DNA of 63,005 bases, counting the filler, from Octopus bimaculoides (taxonomy: Eukaryota), in the NCBI RefSeq assembly GCF_001194135.2. It is 4 parts of 4 records of this genome, joined end to end, with 100 filler letters (N's around TTAATTAATTAA, not from the genome) between each part and the next. Parts side by side here need not be neighbours in the genome. Positions count along the whole stretch, not along the records: positions 19,566 to 32,686 come from NC_068981.1; positions 32,787 to 48,957 come from NC_068986.1; 2 more parts are not named here. One strand, written 5' to 3'. A program made the position numbers and the translations under genes. Below are positions 25,708 to 40,022 of the stretch, one piece after another (within the stretch, counting starts at the first letter, position 1; each line of letters opens with the position of its first letter). A model generated the notes under the pieces. That model was not told where the DNA came from and did not search any database. It saw only the letters and a list, made by a program, of their open reading frames with translations.

Positions 25708-27989
25708 TTGACTTGCTCCTTCCCTCAAAAACCAGGCCTTGTGCCTATAATATAATTTAACAGAGATATTCACTGCTATTGAACGCTACAACAGTTATAC
25801 ACAAAATTATGGATCTCCAGAATATAATGCCTTTGCAAAATTGTATACATAAGCAGTGATTTAGTTTCAAATATCTCTAGGCCGGTTTGCTTTTTCTATT
25901 TCAAATTGGTGCTCATAAACTTTGATCACATTTTATGCTAAAAGTCTCAGGAGATAGTTCATATATATTTTGATTGGCGGGTTATATCTTGCCGTAAGAT
26001 TTTTATTTGATGCGGGCAACAATCTTTATTGAACATTAATTTATATAGCGTATTTTAGTGCATTTTGTCAGTCCTTGCATATAGGAAATTGGCCGATTAT
26101 GCTTTAGAGACTATACTTTGGCGAAGTTCACAACAATTTATAGAAACAATCAATTGTAATATCTAGTTTCGGAGAGAAGAGTTTGACAATCGCTAAAGTG
26201 AGTTAATTTACATACATATATAAAAAAAGATTCATACATAGGAACATTAAATATACATATACACTGTCCCATGTTATGAAACCATGTTAGTTCGCGAGCG
26301 ATCGCTGATTGTAATTGTTATGTACGAGTCTAGGATTTTGACCTCTACATTGTAGCTAGTAATAGTGATTATAATTGCAGCCAAAATTACCCTTTACCAC
26401 AACATTGCTGTTTTATGCATATATGAGCGTATGAATCATTGAGGAAGCCTGTTGCATCACTGCAGTTCATAGATATAGCAAACTAACTTCAATAAAATCA
26501 GAACGTCTGGTTTATGTACACAGCCATTGATACACGCACACATACATACATGTGTGTGTTTGTGTGTGTGTGTGTGTGTACTTATAAAGATATGAAGATA
26601 TGAAATAGAAAGAATAGCTTCTGGTTTGCGTGAGATTTAAATGCTCTTTCCATTGGATCTACCGTGTTGGATCATTATTTTACACACACACACACGCGCA
26701 CGCGCACACGCGCGCACACGTGCGCACACGCACACACGCACACGCACACACACACACGCACACACGCGCACACACACACTTCTGATTTGGAAACAATATA
26801 TGGTGTAGTCGTGTATATGTGTATATATGTAGTCATGTATGTGTGTGAATGTGTGTCTGTATGCGTTTGTGTGAGTGTATGTGTGCAGGTGTGTGTGTGT
26901 GTGTGTGCACGTGTGTATGTGGGTCTTTGTGCCTGTGTTTGTCTCTCACCACCGTTTGACAACCGGTGTTGGCGTGTTTGCGTCCCTGTAAATTAGAAGT
27001 ACAATAAGTACCCGGTTTAGCAAAATATAAGTAGTGTCAGTTCATTCACCTAACAATTGTTCAAGGCGGTGCCTCACCATGGCCCCAGTCTAATGACGGA
27101 GACAAGTAGAATATGAAAGATAAAAGATATAATTGGCAACTAGGTTTCAAACATTGGTTTATATGGTTTTCACTTTGAGGAAATACTTAAAGAAGGAGGT
27201 CAAGTAATAGGCATGTTACAATTTCCATGGAGTTACAACTGCCTCACTCCTAAGAATGGATTTCAGCAGTAAAGCCATGGTAAATATTTATTTATTCTCG
27301 TTAAGATACAAGTTATTTACAGATATTGATGTTGGCAAAGTAAAATTGCGTTTAGTAATAAATACATAATCTTAAATAAGATATTAAAAACGAAGTAGAT
27401 ATAAAAGGAAAGCAAAACAGAGAGAGGGGGGAGTCAGAGAGAGAGAAAGAAATTGAGAGCGTTGGAGCGAATGAGAAGGCAAGAGTGCATGAGAAACGGA
27501 GATGAGAGATGGTTAAAATAACAACAATAAATAATCCTGTCTACTTTAGGCACACGACCTGAAATTCGTGGTTAGGAGACTAATCGATCACATCGACTCA
27601 AGTACTTGACTGGTACTTAACTTATCGATCCCAAAAGGATTATAGACAAATATCGACCTCGGTGGAATTTGAACCCAGGTTGTAGCGACTGGCGACATAC
27701 CGCTAAGCATTTCGTGAAGCGTGCAAATGATTCTGCCAAGCAAGATGGCACAAATACGATGGATGCATTTCAGGTGGAAAAATTAAACTTACATACGTAC
27801 CTACTTTCCTTCCTTCCTTCCTTCCTTCCTTCCTTCCTTCCTTCCTTCCTTCCTTCCTTCCTACCTACCAACCAACCTACTTACATAGATAATACATGCA
27901 TGCATACATACATATATTATGAATATATAACTTATAATACATATACATATATTATAAATATATATATAAACATAGGCGCAGGAGTGGCG

Positions 27990-30300
27990 GAAGTGAGCTC
28001 AATCTCATCTTGTACTAGGATATCATTTCCATCATTGAGTTTGATTGTGAATGTGATCCTACATGAACCTTTAGTGATGTATTTGTACAAATACTCCACT
28101 GCATGAACACTATAAACCAACTCACAGATGATGTGACACTAATATGTTACAGAAAGCAAAGGGTTGAAAGGAACTACTCAACGATTGTCAATTGTATGTT
28201 CCTAATCTCTAAGCTTTATCTTATGGAAGCAATCATCATGCTGCAAGTTTCTCTTATAAGAAGGAAAGGAATTTTCAGCCACAAATGTTGTCTGTTGATA
28301 TGACTTGGAATAACCTTTTGAGCAATGGGGATTTGCTCCATAGCTTCCATGCATGAAGAAAGTATATTAGCCTCACTACATGGTCCGTGAATATTGCAGG
28401 ATGTGATGATTTTATGCAGTTTTGGGTTGATCTTTTTATTAGGGGTTTCAACACACACTACCTGATCTGTGGCATCTCTCGTCTTGGGTTTACAGTCTTC
28501 AGCCATTATCAGCAGAATGTGAGCGTGACTGAGGCCTAGTTTCTGCCATTCAGTGGTGGCAGAGTGAGCAACCACCTTACCGAGTACATTATGCCTGAGT
28601 AGGTAATACATGAGGCCCTCATATTTTATCTTGAAACATCTTGTACAAATAGCTGAACGGTTTCTAGGTACCTCACCAGGATTCAGACTGTTTTTTATTT
28701 CATCCCAGTCACGATTAGTTGCAATTGTAATGAAATAAGTAGGTTTTCCCATGTGCCGAACCAGAGTCATTGAACTCTGGAAGCACTCATTGTGCAAGCC
28801 AGGAGAACCATAGACTGAAGGAGCAAGAACAACTTGTCTACCTGCATTAATTGCATCATTTTTACTTACTGCATCATATAGAGCCTGATATTTTTCTGCT
28901 CGAATAATGGATTGATTATTTTTGGCCCAAGTCAAACGACTGTTCCGTATTTTAGCTTGAGCATGTACAGCATATTGTTGCACTAGTCGGTTGCTTTTCA
29001 CCACGGAATTGTAGTCACCTACTTTCACTTGAAATCGATAACAATAGAAATCAGTGACAGAAAGTTTGCGATTGTCTCCCTTTTCAAACCTGTTTAAAGT
29101 CCATCCTCCCTTCGGAGAAATAGCAGTACATAATGCAGAGGATTCTTGTAGACTACCAATTCACTTGTGAATAATAACATCCAAGTGCCCAGCACCTTCT
29201 TCTGGCAATATGGCAGCAGTTTCTGAATCCATTGGAAGATTGTAAGTTAGAAATCCTTTAAAGCTTCAGCGGCTCTACAACTACGTATATATGCATTGTA
29301 TTGGTGCAAGTCATCCTGTATTGCTTTCAAAATATCACTGTTCAAATTTCTATGCTACAGACGATTCTCAAGTTCGTTATCTGTACCATAGAAGTAGATT
29401 TGAGCAAATTTTGGATTGTTGTCATTGGGAAGTAGCGATCCAATCATGTGATAAACTTTTCCCTGAAAGCCTTTGAAAGCTGACTCAGAGTCTTATTTTG
29501 AAGTAGAATATTCTCCTCTCGAGATACCTTAGCCAGTTGGTCATGTGTAATGGAAACAGAATCAAGTCTACGTCGCCGTGCATATTCAGAAATTTGTTTC
29601 AGTCGCTTTGCTTTGGTTTCATTTGATTCAGTTGCTCGTCTTTCTCTCTTCTGTCATGTTTGCTGCTAAATGTTCTTTTTTAGTTGCATATTTATTGGAT
29701 GCTCCATGTTGAATTGTAAAATTCTAATGTAATATTTGTGTATTTGTGTAATTACGAAATCAAACCTGGAGTGCGTGTGTTTATATTAAAGAGACTGTGT
29801 ATGAGTGAGTGTGTGTGACAGAGAGAGGGAGAGAGAGAGAAACAGACAAACAAAGAGAGGGAGACAGAACATTGCAAACATTGAATGAAATAAACGTGAA
29901 ATGAAAAAATCTATAAGTAAAAACTATCTTGATCAGCGTGCTACAAATAGCAGTGATCAGATAGTTAATATTGTAAGGCTTATAGCGTTCCAGGCAGCCA
30001 TACCAACAAAAGCACTTCTTAATTAAAAAAAAACACAATTATACTGGTATATTAAAAAATTTTCATTTTATAAAAAATATTCGTTTAACAAGCTCCGGAA
30101 ACTGATAATATTCTTCAAATTGGGCCACGTATAAAAGTTATACAGCTAGTTTGTCTAATAGTATGCGTTCATTCAACACAAAATCACTTCTTAATTAAAA
30201 AAAAATGATACCGGTATATTAAAAAATTTCCATTTTATCAAAAATATTCAACAAACAAATTCTTGAAATTGTGCTTCGTGTCAAAGTTATATAGCTATTA
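27990..30300 (-). mobile_element. Helitron, Rep (HUH) region, truncated and degenerate
   Basis: ORF 28216-29028: RLVQQYAV, AEKYQALYDAV, GKPTYFIT, EWQKLGLSHAHILL (HUH), IHGPC. ORF 27932-28120: AVEYLYKYITKG (YxxKY motif). Subterminal direct repeats at ~30005-30165 and 30175-30300. Confidence 0.92.
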
Positions 30301-31619
30301 TTAAATTATCATTAATGAAAATAGAGGCGAGAGAGAGAGAGAGAGAGAGAGAAAGAGTGTGTGTGTGTGTGTGTGTGTGACTGTTGCAAATGCAAACGGA
30401 AAATGTCGCCTACAATGAATTAATATTGTTTATTATTAAGCATTAAAATCTACTCCACTGTCAATGCAACGAATATTTAAATTTGTGAAAAATTGGACGC
30501 AGTGAATGCAGCGAATAGTTAAATTTGTAAAAAACTGGAGTTAAAAAATTCAATAAACTTCAGAAATTGAAATTATTGGAAATTTCTAGGTACATGAATT
30601 CATAAACAAAATTCCAAACGATCAAGCCTTTAATAATTTCTTTCTTTTAGTACTTTTAGTAACTGTTACATGCCTAATTAATAAGCAGCTTTCTCCATTA
30701 TAATATAGATGTCGCTCGACTATATAGACTCTGTCCCGTTGGTGCATTCTTACCGTGTCTATATGCATATATTCTTTTTCTTTTCTCTGTGCTTCTGTAA
30801 ATTTTGAACAGGACACTTCGCTCTTAAAGATAAAGTAAAGAGTAAAGAAAATTATGATACCACCAAAAAACCTTCACGGATATCTTTAATTTATTTCGAA
30901 TCTAGCTGGAAGCACTTAAATTAATGCCCATGTGAAAATATTTCATTGACCAATTATTTTCACATCTCTGCGGAAAATGTATCGAAAACAGATTTTATTG
31001 TGAACGCTGTTTTTGTGGTAGGGTCAAATAATGAAACTGATTTATGACTGTTCCATGATTCACCAACAAAGTAAGGGATCAGAGATGATGGACTCTTCAA
31101 AGGATGCTAGGTTAGAAAATTCATACATCATATTTTGATTTCGTGTCTCGACAGGGAGTAGTTGAGATTTCTTGTTTCCATCATCGGTTGTTACTCTTTT
31201 TGTTTCCCTTTTCCGCAGTAATTTTAAAAGGACCATTTGTAGTCAAAAGTTAAAAAGAACAAACTGGAATTCTGATTCAATGAAACTGTATTACCTTGGT
31301 AACCAAATTTGTTCCATTTGATCGATACTCTACTTCAAAATAACATAATTAATTCTAATTGCATAGGAAGTTGTAATGTCTGTTTGTGTCTATTTAATTG
31401 ATTGATTACTTTAATACACCCAAAGAAAATTATTTCGAAAATGATATTTGGTCGCCATGTGTTGTCAACGCTGCGCTTATGAAAATTCGTTCAAAAGAAA
31501 TTCGATAGAAACATATTGATTGAAGGAATATTGGCAGAAGACACATGCACAGAAGTACTTATTTACAAAGATGCAACAGAGACAGTGAAAGTGTCGAAGG
31601 TTAAGACATGGGGGACTTT

Positions 31620-32550
31620 GAATTTAAGCTGGGATCCGACTTTAGATCAGCAAATAGAATACTGTAGTAGATGCCTGACTTCGTAATAAGTCCCATTTCA
31701 AGCCTGCTATCAGGAACTCATCTGAGACCCTTCTCTCCGAAGAGCCGTGCACCCTCGCGAGATAGAGAAAATAGTTCGCTGATCTCCTAAACCCGGTCAG
31801 AACAGCATCTTTTGAAGTAAACGAGGTGTGTTTAGGAGCGATGACTAATATCTTGGAGATGGATGTAAAAAGAACAACTAAAAAGTTCAAATGTGTCAAG
31901 ACCCACCCCCGAGAGAATGAAATCCGACCCGAGATGTTAAAAGCCTTAAATAGAGAAGGTGTTATGTAGCTGACTCGTGTATATTCATTTCTGGGAATAT
32001 ACCTATGCAGTGGTAACCGGGAATGATAATCACAATTTTCAAAAAGGAGAAACAAGAGAGATTTCTCTAATTATAAAAGCGTCTCCTTGTTAAGTCTCCA
32101 CGGTAGAGTCTATGGTGGGTGTCTGGCAAAGAGATGTACGGATATTGTCACGTCCAAGCTGGCTGATGAATAGAGTGGTTTTCGCTTCAGAGCAGCACAG
32201 CCAACCAAATATTCACACTACAGCATACCTTCGAGAAATCGGGAGAATATGACCAAGAGGTACATGCTTGTTTCGTAAACCTTAAAAAGGCGCCGATTGC
32301 GTTCCACAGGACTTGTGAAAGGTTCTGTGGGAGTATGGGATATATAGACAGCTTGTTGCCTTGGAATCCCTATGCGAATGCTCTAGTATTTGTGTTCGGA
32401 TAAATGGTGCTAAGTTGAAACTATGGGTGCGTAATGTCACTTCTATTCATAATATTTATGGACATGATTGACATGCATAGTCGGGTTGAAAGTAGTATCG
32501 AGATCGGCGGGTGTAGGGTAAGTCGGTTGGAATTTTCAGACGACATGGTA
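31620..32550 (+). mobile_element. Decayed RTE-clade LINE RT
   Basis: Frameshifted NYKSVSLLSLHGRVY, SGFR and LEFSDDMV (FADD-like) motifs. Confidence 0.78.
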
Positions 32551-32686
32551 GTAAGGGTTTCTTAGTTTTTCAAATTTTCATTAGTCGCTTAAAAAACAAA
32601 CTTGTGATTCTTATGCTTTACTTTAAAATCCCATGCTCAAAACTGATTGACCTGCTGGTGTCAAACTCATTAAGTAAATAAAAGAT

Positions 32687-32786
32687 NNNNNNNNNNNNNN
32701 NNNNNNNNNNNNNNNNNNNNNNNNNNNNNNTTAATTAATTAANNNNNNNNNNNNNNNNNNNNNNNNNNNNNNNNNNNNNNNNNNNN
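32687..32786. other. Artificial scaffold join (44 N + TTAATTAATTAA + 44 N)
   Basis: Same construct as 19466-19565. Confidence 0.95.
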
Positions 32787-34689
32787 TATATATATATATA
32801 TATATGTATGTATTTATAGATATATATATGCACATATATTGGATTTTCCATATTATATCCACAGTATGACGAATGCCTCAACATGTGCCCTCTATCTTAT
32901 ACCGTTCTGATGAGGACGCCGTAAATTGGAACTTTAGAACATATATATTTGATGAGCCTACTTTGCAACACTGGCTGAACATGTGGCAGAGGGTTACAGA
33001 TTTTATTGTTATACACAGAAGAAATTAAATCTGTTACATCGTCTTAGGATCCGAAAGAATGAGAAACAAGGTCGGCCTTGGTGGAATTTGAACTCAGAAC
33101 GTAATCACGGACGAAATACTGCTATACACTATCGTATAGAAACACCAATAAATACATACATACATACATACATACATACATACCTACTACCTACCTACTA
33201 CCTACCTACTACCTACCTACCTACTACCTACCTACCTACATACATAAATACTTACATACATACNNNNNNNNNNATAGATATATATATGTAAATATATGTA
33301 TGTATACACAAATACACATATACCTATGATTCATATTTATTATACACACAGATAGATATACTTACATATATATACATACATAAATTGAAACTATGTCCAC
33401 GTTTCAATGAATATTAATACACTGCGACTATAGAACGTTTGACAAATGAAAGAGAAAAACACAAAAGAAAGGCTGAATAACTCTTGAAATTTCCCAAGTT
33501 CAAAGAGACAGACAATCTTTCTGCACGCCTGAACTCTTCGTGGCAATATTTCCTTATATCCGTCATCTTTCTACAGAGAACTTATCTCGTGATTGGTTTT
33601 GTCTTTGTTGAACACTATTTCGGTGGTGCTAATCAATCTATGACCAGAACAACTCTATCCATGACCATATTTTGTTTTCATATAGTTTCTGTGATTTTAA
33701 TGCTATTTGTAGCATCTCCGTTGACAATATAAGGCTTGCCTTATTGACACTACTTTTCCGTTGGAAATTATAATGTTTAACCCTACAAGCGTTAACTATT
33801 GATAAGAAGAACGTAATATATACATATATATATATATATATGCATATATNNNNNNNNNNNNNNNNNNNNNNNNNNNNNNNNNNNNNNNNNNNNNNNNNNN
33901 NNNNNNNNNNNNNNNNNNNNNNNNNNNNNNNNNNNNNNNNNNNNNNNNNNNNNNNNNNNNNNNNNNNNNNNNNNNNNNNNNNNNNNNNNNNNNNNNNNNN
34001 NNNNNNNNNNNNNNNNNNNNNNNNNNNNNNNNNNNNNNNNNNNNNNNNNNNNNNNNNNNNNNNNNNNNNNNNNNNNNNNNNNNNNNNNNNNNNNNNNNNN
34101 NNNNNNNNNNNNNNNNNNNNNNNNNNNNNNNNNNNNNNNNNNNNNNNNNNNNNNNNNNNNNNNNNNNNNNNNNNNNNNNNNNNNNNNNNNNNNNNNNNNN
34201 NNNNNNNNNNNNNNNNNNNNNNNNNNNNNNNNNNNNNNNNNNNNNNNNNNNNNNNNNNNNNNNNNNNNNNNNNNNNNNNNNNNNNNNNNNNNNNNNNNNN
34301 NNNNNNNNNNNNNNNNNNNNNNNNNNNNNNNNNNNNNNNNNNNNNNNNNNNNNNNNNNNNNNNNNNNNNNNNNNNNNNNNNNNNNNNNNNNNNNNNNNNN
34401 NNNNNNNNNNNNNNNNNNNNNNNNNNNNNNNNNNNNNNNNNNNNNNNNNNNNNNNNNNNNNNNNNNNNNNNNNNNNNNNNNNNNNNNNNNNNNNNNNNNN
34501 NNNATAGAAACACCAATAAATACATACATACATACATACATACATACATACCTACTACCTACCTACTACCTACCTACTACCTACCTACCTACTACCTACC
34601 TACCTACATACATAAATACTTACATACATACTTACATACATACATACATGCATACATACATACATGCTGTAGCTTGGATACTATATTGA

Positions 34690-35376
34690 AATCCGTCGAA
34701 AAGATATACCCCAAGGGCAAAAAAATAAGAACCCACAGTACGGTGGAAGCTACACATAATTAGAAGTACAGGTGAAATGTCCCAGTGAAGACCTCAATAA
34801 CATCTAAGCACAACAGACCTGATATAATGATTTGGGATTGGGAAGAGAAACTGTGCACAGTTGTGGAAATTAGCTGCCCAGCAGATGTTAACATAAAGCA
34901 GAAGATTAGTGAAAAGGGAATACCCACGCTGAACAATTGAGAAATCTGAGAAATTGAAAAATCTGCAGCTCTTCTATCCATAATACAATTTCAGGTTTAT
35001 ACCTGTAATTATTGGGGTCCCGGGATATGTAAGACACTGCCAAAATACCAATATTGTGAAATTAGGCTTCTCAAAACCAGAAAAGAGAAAGTTGATTCGA
35101 AGACTACAGATACAATCCATCACTGGAACTGTAAAAATTTGTAAACCTTTCCAGAGATTCCTCATTTAAATATATATTAGCATGTCTAGATAGGCAACTA
35201 TATGCATGAGAATACATACATGAAGCAAAACATACTAATCTGCACATACATATACATACATACAAACAAACAAACAAAAAGACCCTGTTGTTGATGTTGA
35301 AATTCTAAAAAAGGAGACTTGAATCTATGTTAGGTCCCAGCTCTTTCTCTATTGTCAAGAAATCTTGAAATAAAAC

Positions 35377-35417
<41 letters not shown>
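34690..35417 (+). mobile_element. 3' end of R4/Dong-like LINE with (AAT)n tail
   Basis: Homologous over ~700 bp to 17330-18015, ending aatcttgaaataaaact(aat)n. Confidence 0.82.
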
Positions 35418-36175
35418 NNNNNNNNNNNNNNNNNNNNNNNNNNNNNNNNNNNNNNNNNNNNNNNNNNNNNNNNNNNNNNNNNNNNNNNNNNNNNNNNNNN
35501 NNNNNNNNNNNNNNNNNNNNNNNNNNNNNNATATATATATACTAATAATAATAACAACAAACCACATACTTACTATATTGTGTAAATATGTTTAGTGTGA
35601 ATGATGTATTTGCTAAAACTGCTCAACAAATATTACTACAATCTTTTATTATTATTTGGAGCAAGAATAAATACAGCAACAATATACTGGAATTGCTGGT
35701 TTCAAATTTTCGCACCGAGCCAGCAATTTCAGAGTCGACCCCATTATTCGACTGGTACTTATTTTGTCGACCCGAAAGATGAAAAGCAAAGTCTACGACG
35801 TCGGAAGTTGAGCTCAGAACGCACAGACGGACGAAATACCGCTAAACATTTTGTCCAGCGTGCTAGCGATTCTGCGAGTTCACCGACTTTACAAAATTGA
35901 AATGTTGATTTCAAATGCTGGTACAATGCCAGCAATTTCGGGGCGGGGAGTGAGTCGATTACAGCGACCCCAGTGTTGAACTTATTGTACTTATTGTATG
36001 TACGCCGAAAAGATGACAAGCAATGTCGACCTCGGCAGCATCTGAACTCGGAATTTAAGGACGACGAAATGCCGCTCGGCATTTTGATAAACTCGAAATA
36101 TTACACAGAAGTATGTGTCCTTCACTCATAACAACTCCTGTATTACAACACTATGTTTCGTGAACCGAACCTTAC

Positions 36176-36250
36176 CTCATTGGATGTACAATTTTACTCT
36201 GTTCTTGGTGTGAGGGTGGTTTTGTATATACAATCTCACAGTTTGGAGAG
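36176..36250 (-). other. Candidate 75-nt symmetric (phase 2/2) coding exon, possibly PDE11 GAF-B region
   Basis: tggtacag acceptor, ag|gtaagg donor, open frame SPNCEIVYTKPPSHQEQSKIVHPM; only weak similarity (SPNC vs SPKC). Confidence 0.2.
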
Positions 36251-36894
36251 CTGTACCAACTACCAAATATTCACAAATTATTATACTTAACTGGATGAAA
36301 CTATGAGAAAATTACTATCTGGAAGAAGTCAAAATAGAATGAACTTCTTAAGAGGTACACAGCCTATAATACATATTCGAAGATATTTAACGTGGTGCTT
36401 TAATGTGGTGTTTTCATAATGCACACGCAAAACGCACACACATTTTCACACAGAAATGTTAAGTGTCTTGACGCATTTATTATGGTTTTTGTGGGATTGT
36501 GCTTTAGTGTTTTGTAAGTGTACATACATATGCATACATATATTTGTGTGTGTGTGCGTATAAAAGGCGAAAGACAAAATTACATACAATCACAAGTATA
36601 CAGGTTGAGACATGCATACAGAATGATACACATACATACGCGAAAACTTTAGTCTTGTTTTATATGACAGTGAATATGTGTGCTAGTGATCTATGGCTAA
36701 ATAGTCTCAACTATATAAGTATTGGTAATCAAACTATGCTGCTCTTACATTCCATTATAATATACAAGCTTTTGTAGCTCTGATTATGGCAAACATGAGT
36801 AGATAACACAATAATAATGGAGTCCATAAATCACACTAAAACACTCCATAAATAATATAGTTAAAACATTCGGTAGTCGTTTTAACTGGTAGCC

Positions 36895-37130
36895 ACTCAC
36901 ATTCCCTACATCAGAAGATCTTTTGAAGCATTACTTTCAGCATTTCAGAGGTTGGTTTCATAATCAACAAACGCAACATGGAATTTATTAAAGAGAAACC
37001 ATTCCATTGCTTTCTGACTAATGCTTTCATTTTAAGAGCAGCCACTGATCAGTTAATTGGCTTTCAGACTTCCTGCTGAAAGTTTAGACGATATGTAACT
37101 TAATATTAGCATTGTGGTTTGTCCATGTCC
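36895..37130 (-). mobile_element. Decayed RTE RT fragment
   Basis: FHVAFVDYE and Q..SEF motifs on the minus strand. Confidence 0.45.
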
Positions 37131-37893
37131 CAGTAAATTCTATTGTCACCATTTTAGATATATTAGCTGTAAATATATTTATCACAGAGTGCAGCAAATC
37201 GTTTTTTTTAAAAGTAAGTAACAGTTACATATTTAAAGTAGTACACCAGCACGGGAATATAGTTATCCTTTGATAGAGTTTCGCTTGCTTTCCAAGTGCC
37301 TCGCAACGAAACTCAACGCCCTGCTATCTGCAGGACTGGTTATTCAGAAGCAGCTCCAGTGCTGTATCTAGGGTCCGACACTTCAGTCGATCCTGCTAGT
37401 TGGTCATATAGATTCGAGTATCAATTTTAGTAATAAAAGGTGAGTACGACGTTATGCATGGTATTATGTATGTGCATATATGTATGTATGTATGTATATA
37501 NNNNNNNNNNNNNNNNNNNNNNNNNNNNNNNNNNNNNNNNNNNNNNNNNNNNNNNNNNNNNNNNNNNNNNNNNNNNNNNNNNNNNNNNNNNNNNNNNNNN
37601 NNNNNNNNNNNNNNNNNNNNNNNNNNNNNNNNNNNNNNNNNNNNNNNNNNNNNNNNNNNNNNNNNNNNNNNNNNNNNNNNNNNNNNNNNNNNNNNNNNNN
37701 NNNNNNNNNNNNNNNNNNNNNNNNNNNNNNNNNNNNNNNNNNNNNNNNNNNNNNNNNNNNNNNNNNNNNNNNNNNNNNNNNNNNNNNNNNNNNNNNNNNN
37801 NNNNNNNNNNNNNNNNNNNNNNNNNNNNNNNNNNNNNNNNNNNNNNNNNNNNNNNNNNNNNNNNNNNNNNNNNNNNNNNNNNNNNNNNNNNNT

Positions 37894-37942
<49 letters not shown>

Positions 37943-38269
37943 TGTAGATAAATATATGCAAATGGATATCTTACATGACTACACCAAGAGCGTTAATACC
38001 TGTTGCAACCAAAGCGCACATAAAATGTGTTTCAAGCCTAAGTTGACTTCAGTCAAATCTTGATGTTATAGCTATTCTCCCTATCTTGTTTAATCCCCAG
38101 TTAAGCTGTAATTAATGACAGTCCTTCCAGCTATGGTCTTTTCTGTCTTTCGGATATTATATATCGATGATTACCTTTTTCCGTGAGTGTTTTGTTTGTT
38201 TTTAAAACCGTACATGTACATAGTTGGACAGGTATAACTGCAAGGTCAGACGAAATTGTTAAAGAGTTT

Positions 38270-38480
38270 GAAAACAACATGACGTCGAAAAGTATTGAAG
38301 ATCAATGAGACAGAACATCGAACAAACAACCCGTGCTGGAGGAAATGAAAACAGAAAGATAATCTTTGGAAACAATCAGGAAGAGAAGGACGTGGTATTT
38401 TGGGCATGTCACCAGGTTCCAGAAGTTAAGCCCGAACATCGTGTAGGGTGGAGTCATTAGGAAATGAAGAAAGAGAAACC
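38270..38480 (+). mobile_element. RTE LINE C-terminal fragment
   Basis: IRKRRTWYFGHVTR resembles the RTE RRLxWFGHVxR motif. Confidence 0.55.
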
Positions 38481-40022
38481 AAGGAGTGGGTGATACTAAA
38501 GAATGAACTTGAATACCTCTAACTGAATGCACAACTACAGCCGGAATTAAGCAAGTAGGCGCATGCTGTCATGCTCTTGGATCTTCAGTAGTGTGGATGG
38601 GAATACGCAAAACAAACTATACACAACAGAAAATTTTATATAAATCCTAGAAGCTAATCAAACGATACCAAACACAAAATCACATTTGATATCACGTTCT
38701 ATTTATTCTCTTATTCTCTGCATTTGAAATATCTATTGATTTGTTGTAACTAAAATCAAAGATAGTATCTGGAGAAACAGAATCCTCTGTCTATTGAACT
38801 CAACCTTATAAACTATTCGAGCTTATTACTAAGAACCAGGTGAAAGAAAACCGGAAGTCTACCGTGCCGATTTTGTTACCAAACGAATATTTGTGGTATG
38901 CATTAAAAGACTGTAAGGCATCGGTTTTGTTTAACACTTATTTTCAGACATCTTGCTGCATTCGTTTGTGCCCTTATTTAATATGAATATGACCATCAAA
39001 TAATAATAATAACAATAATAATAATAATAATAATTACAATAAAGGAGAAATATAATGGGAAATATATCGCGTTCATTTTCTGCTAACATTTGACTATAAT
39101 AATACATTTGCTGACAGATAATACCATTTATCATTCGTGCAACTTTTCAGTCTGAAATATCAGCAAATACAACGTGTTATAGCTTTTGTTCTTTTATTCC
39201 TAAGAGAAAACTGTCCAACTTTTTATTATTTTCACAATGAAATTTCACAGCTTGGTGTGATATTAGAAGTTGCCTGTCATCTTATTAGAATCGTTGTCTA
39301 CTTACAAGTTCTCTTTCTGTCTCTCTCTGTCTGCCTCTCTCTCTATGCTCTTAATTTTAAAATACATAACTTATTTGTCATAATGATACATATATACGTG
39401 TTCATCCCTACAATACTCGTATATTTAATTATGTATTATGTACATTTAAAGGAAGTATTTCTTCAGCAAGTGAGTTGAACTGAAGTCGTATGTTGAAGCA
39501 TATAATTACACAGTTAAAAATTTAGGAACACAAAAAGTCTTATGCTCACTTTTGTTCATTTCCTAATAATACTTACTACAACGAAGCATCAAATGTTTAA
39601 AATTACAGTTTAGTGATCTAATCATTGACGCAATTTAGTTATATCTGAGGAACATTGGTTTCCCACCACAGTCAAGGAACGTTTTGTTTCTTTGTGTTTT
39701 AAAACATTATATCCAATAAGAATGGGACAGTTTAATGTCTTTTGTTTGTGTATTTCATATTAAAAAAAATTAAATTTAAGTTTTGGCTAGGTATAATTTC
39801 ATGTGTGAATGAAATAAAACCACAGCTTGTAAGATTTGGAATCTTTCCGGCAATTGATTTGTTTTGTCTTCCAACTTCCGTTATTATTTTCCCCAAGTAT
39901 TTAAATTCATTAACTCATTAAAAACTTTTCTTTGCTATTCGAATTAAATTCAGTATCTTTTGCTTTTCGCTTTTTTCATTTATTACTGTTTTAATATTTA
40001 CAGCACTTATTTCCATTCCATA

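Noticed and set aside
30754-30794. 41-nt minus-strand segment with tttacag and gtaag sites (EAQRKEKEYMHIDT)
   Set aside because: No similarity to PDE11 and no phase-compatible neighbouring exon identified.
32900-32940. CTGATGAGG core-like sequence
   Set aside because: No stem II followed by GAAA.
33137-34630. atagaaacaccaataaa + (ACAT)n + (CCTA)n block repeated at 33137-33263 and 34504-34630
   Set aside because: Both copies abut N gaps; most likely duplicated haplotype or mis-scaffolding.
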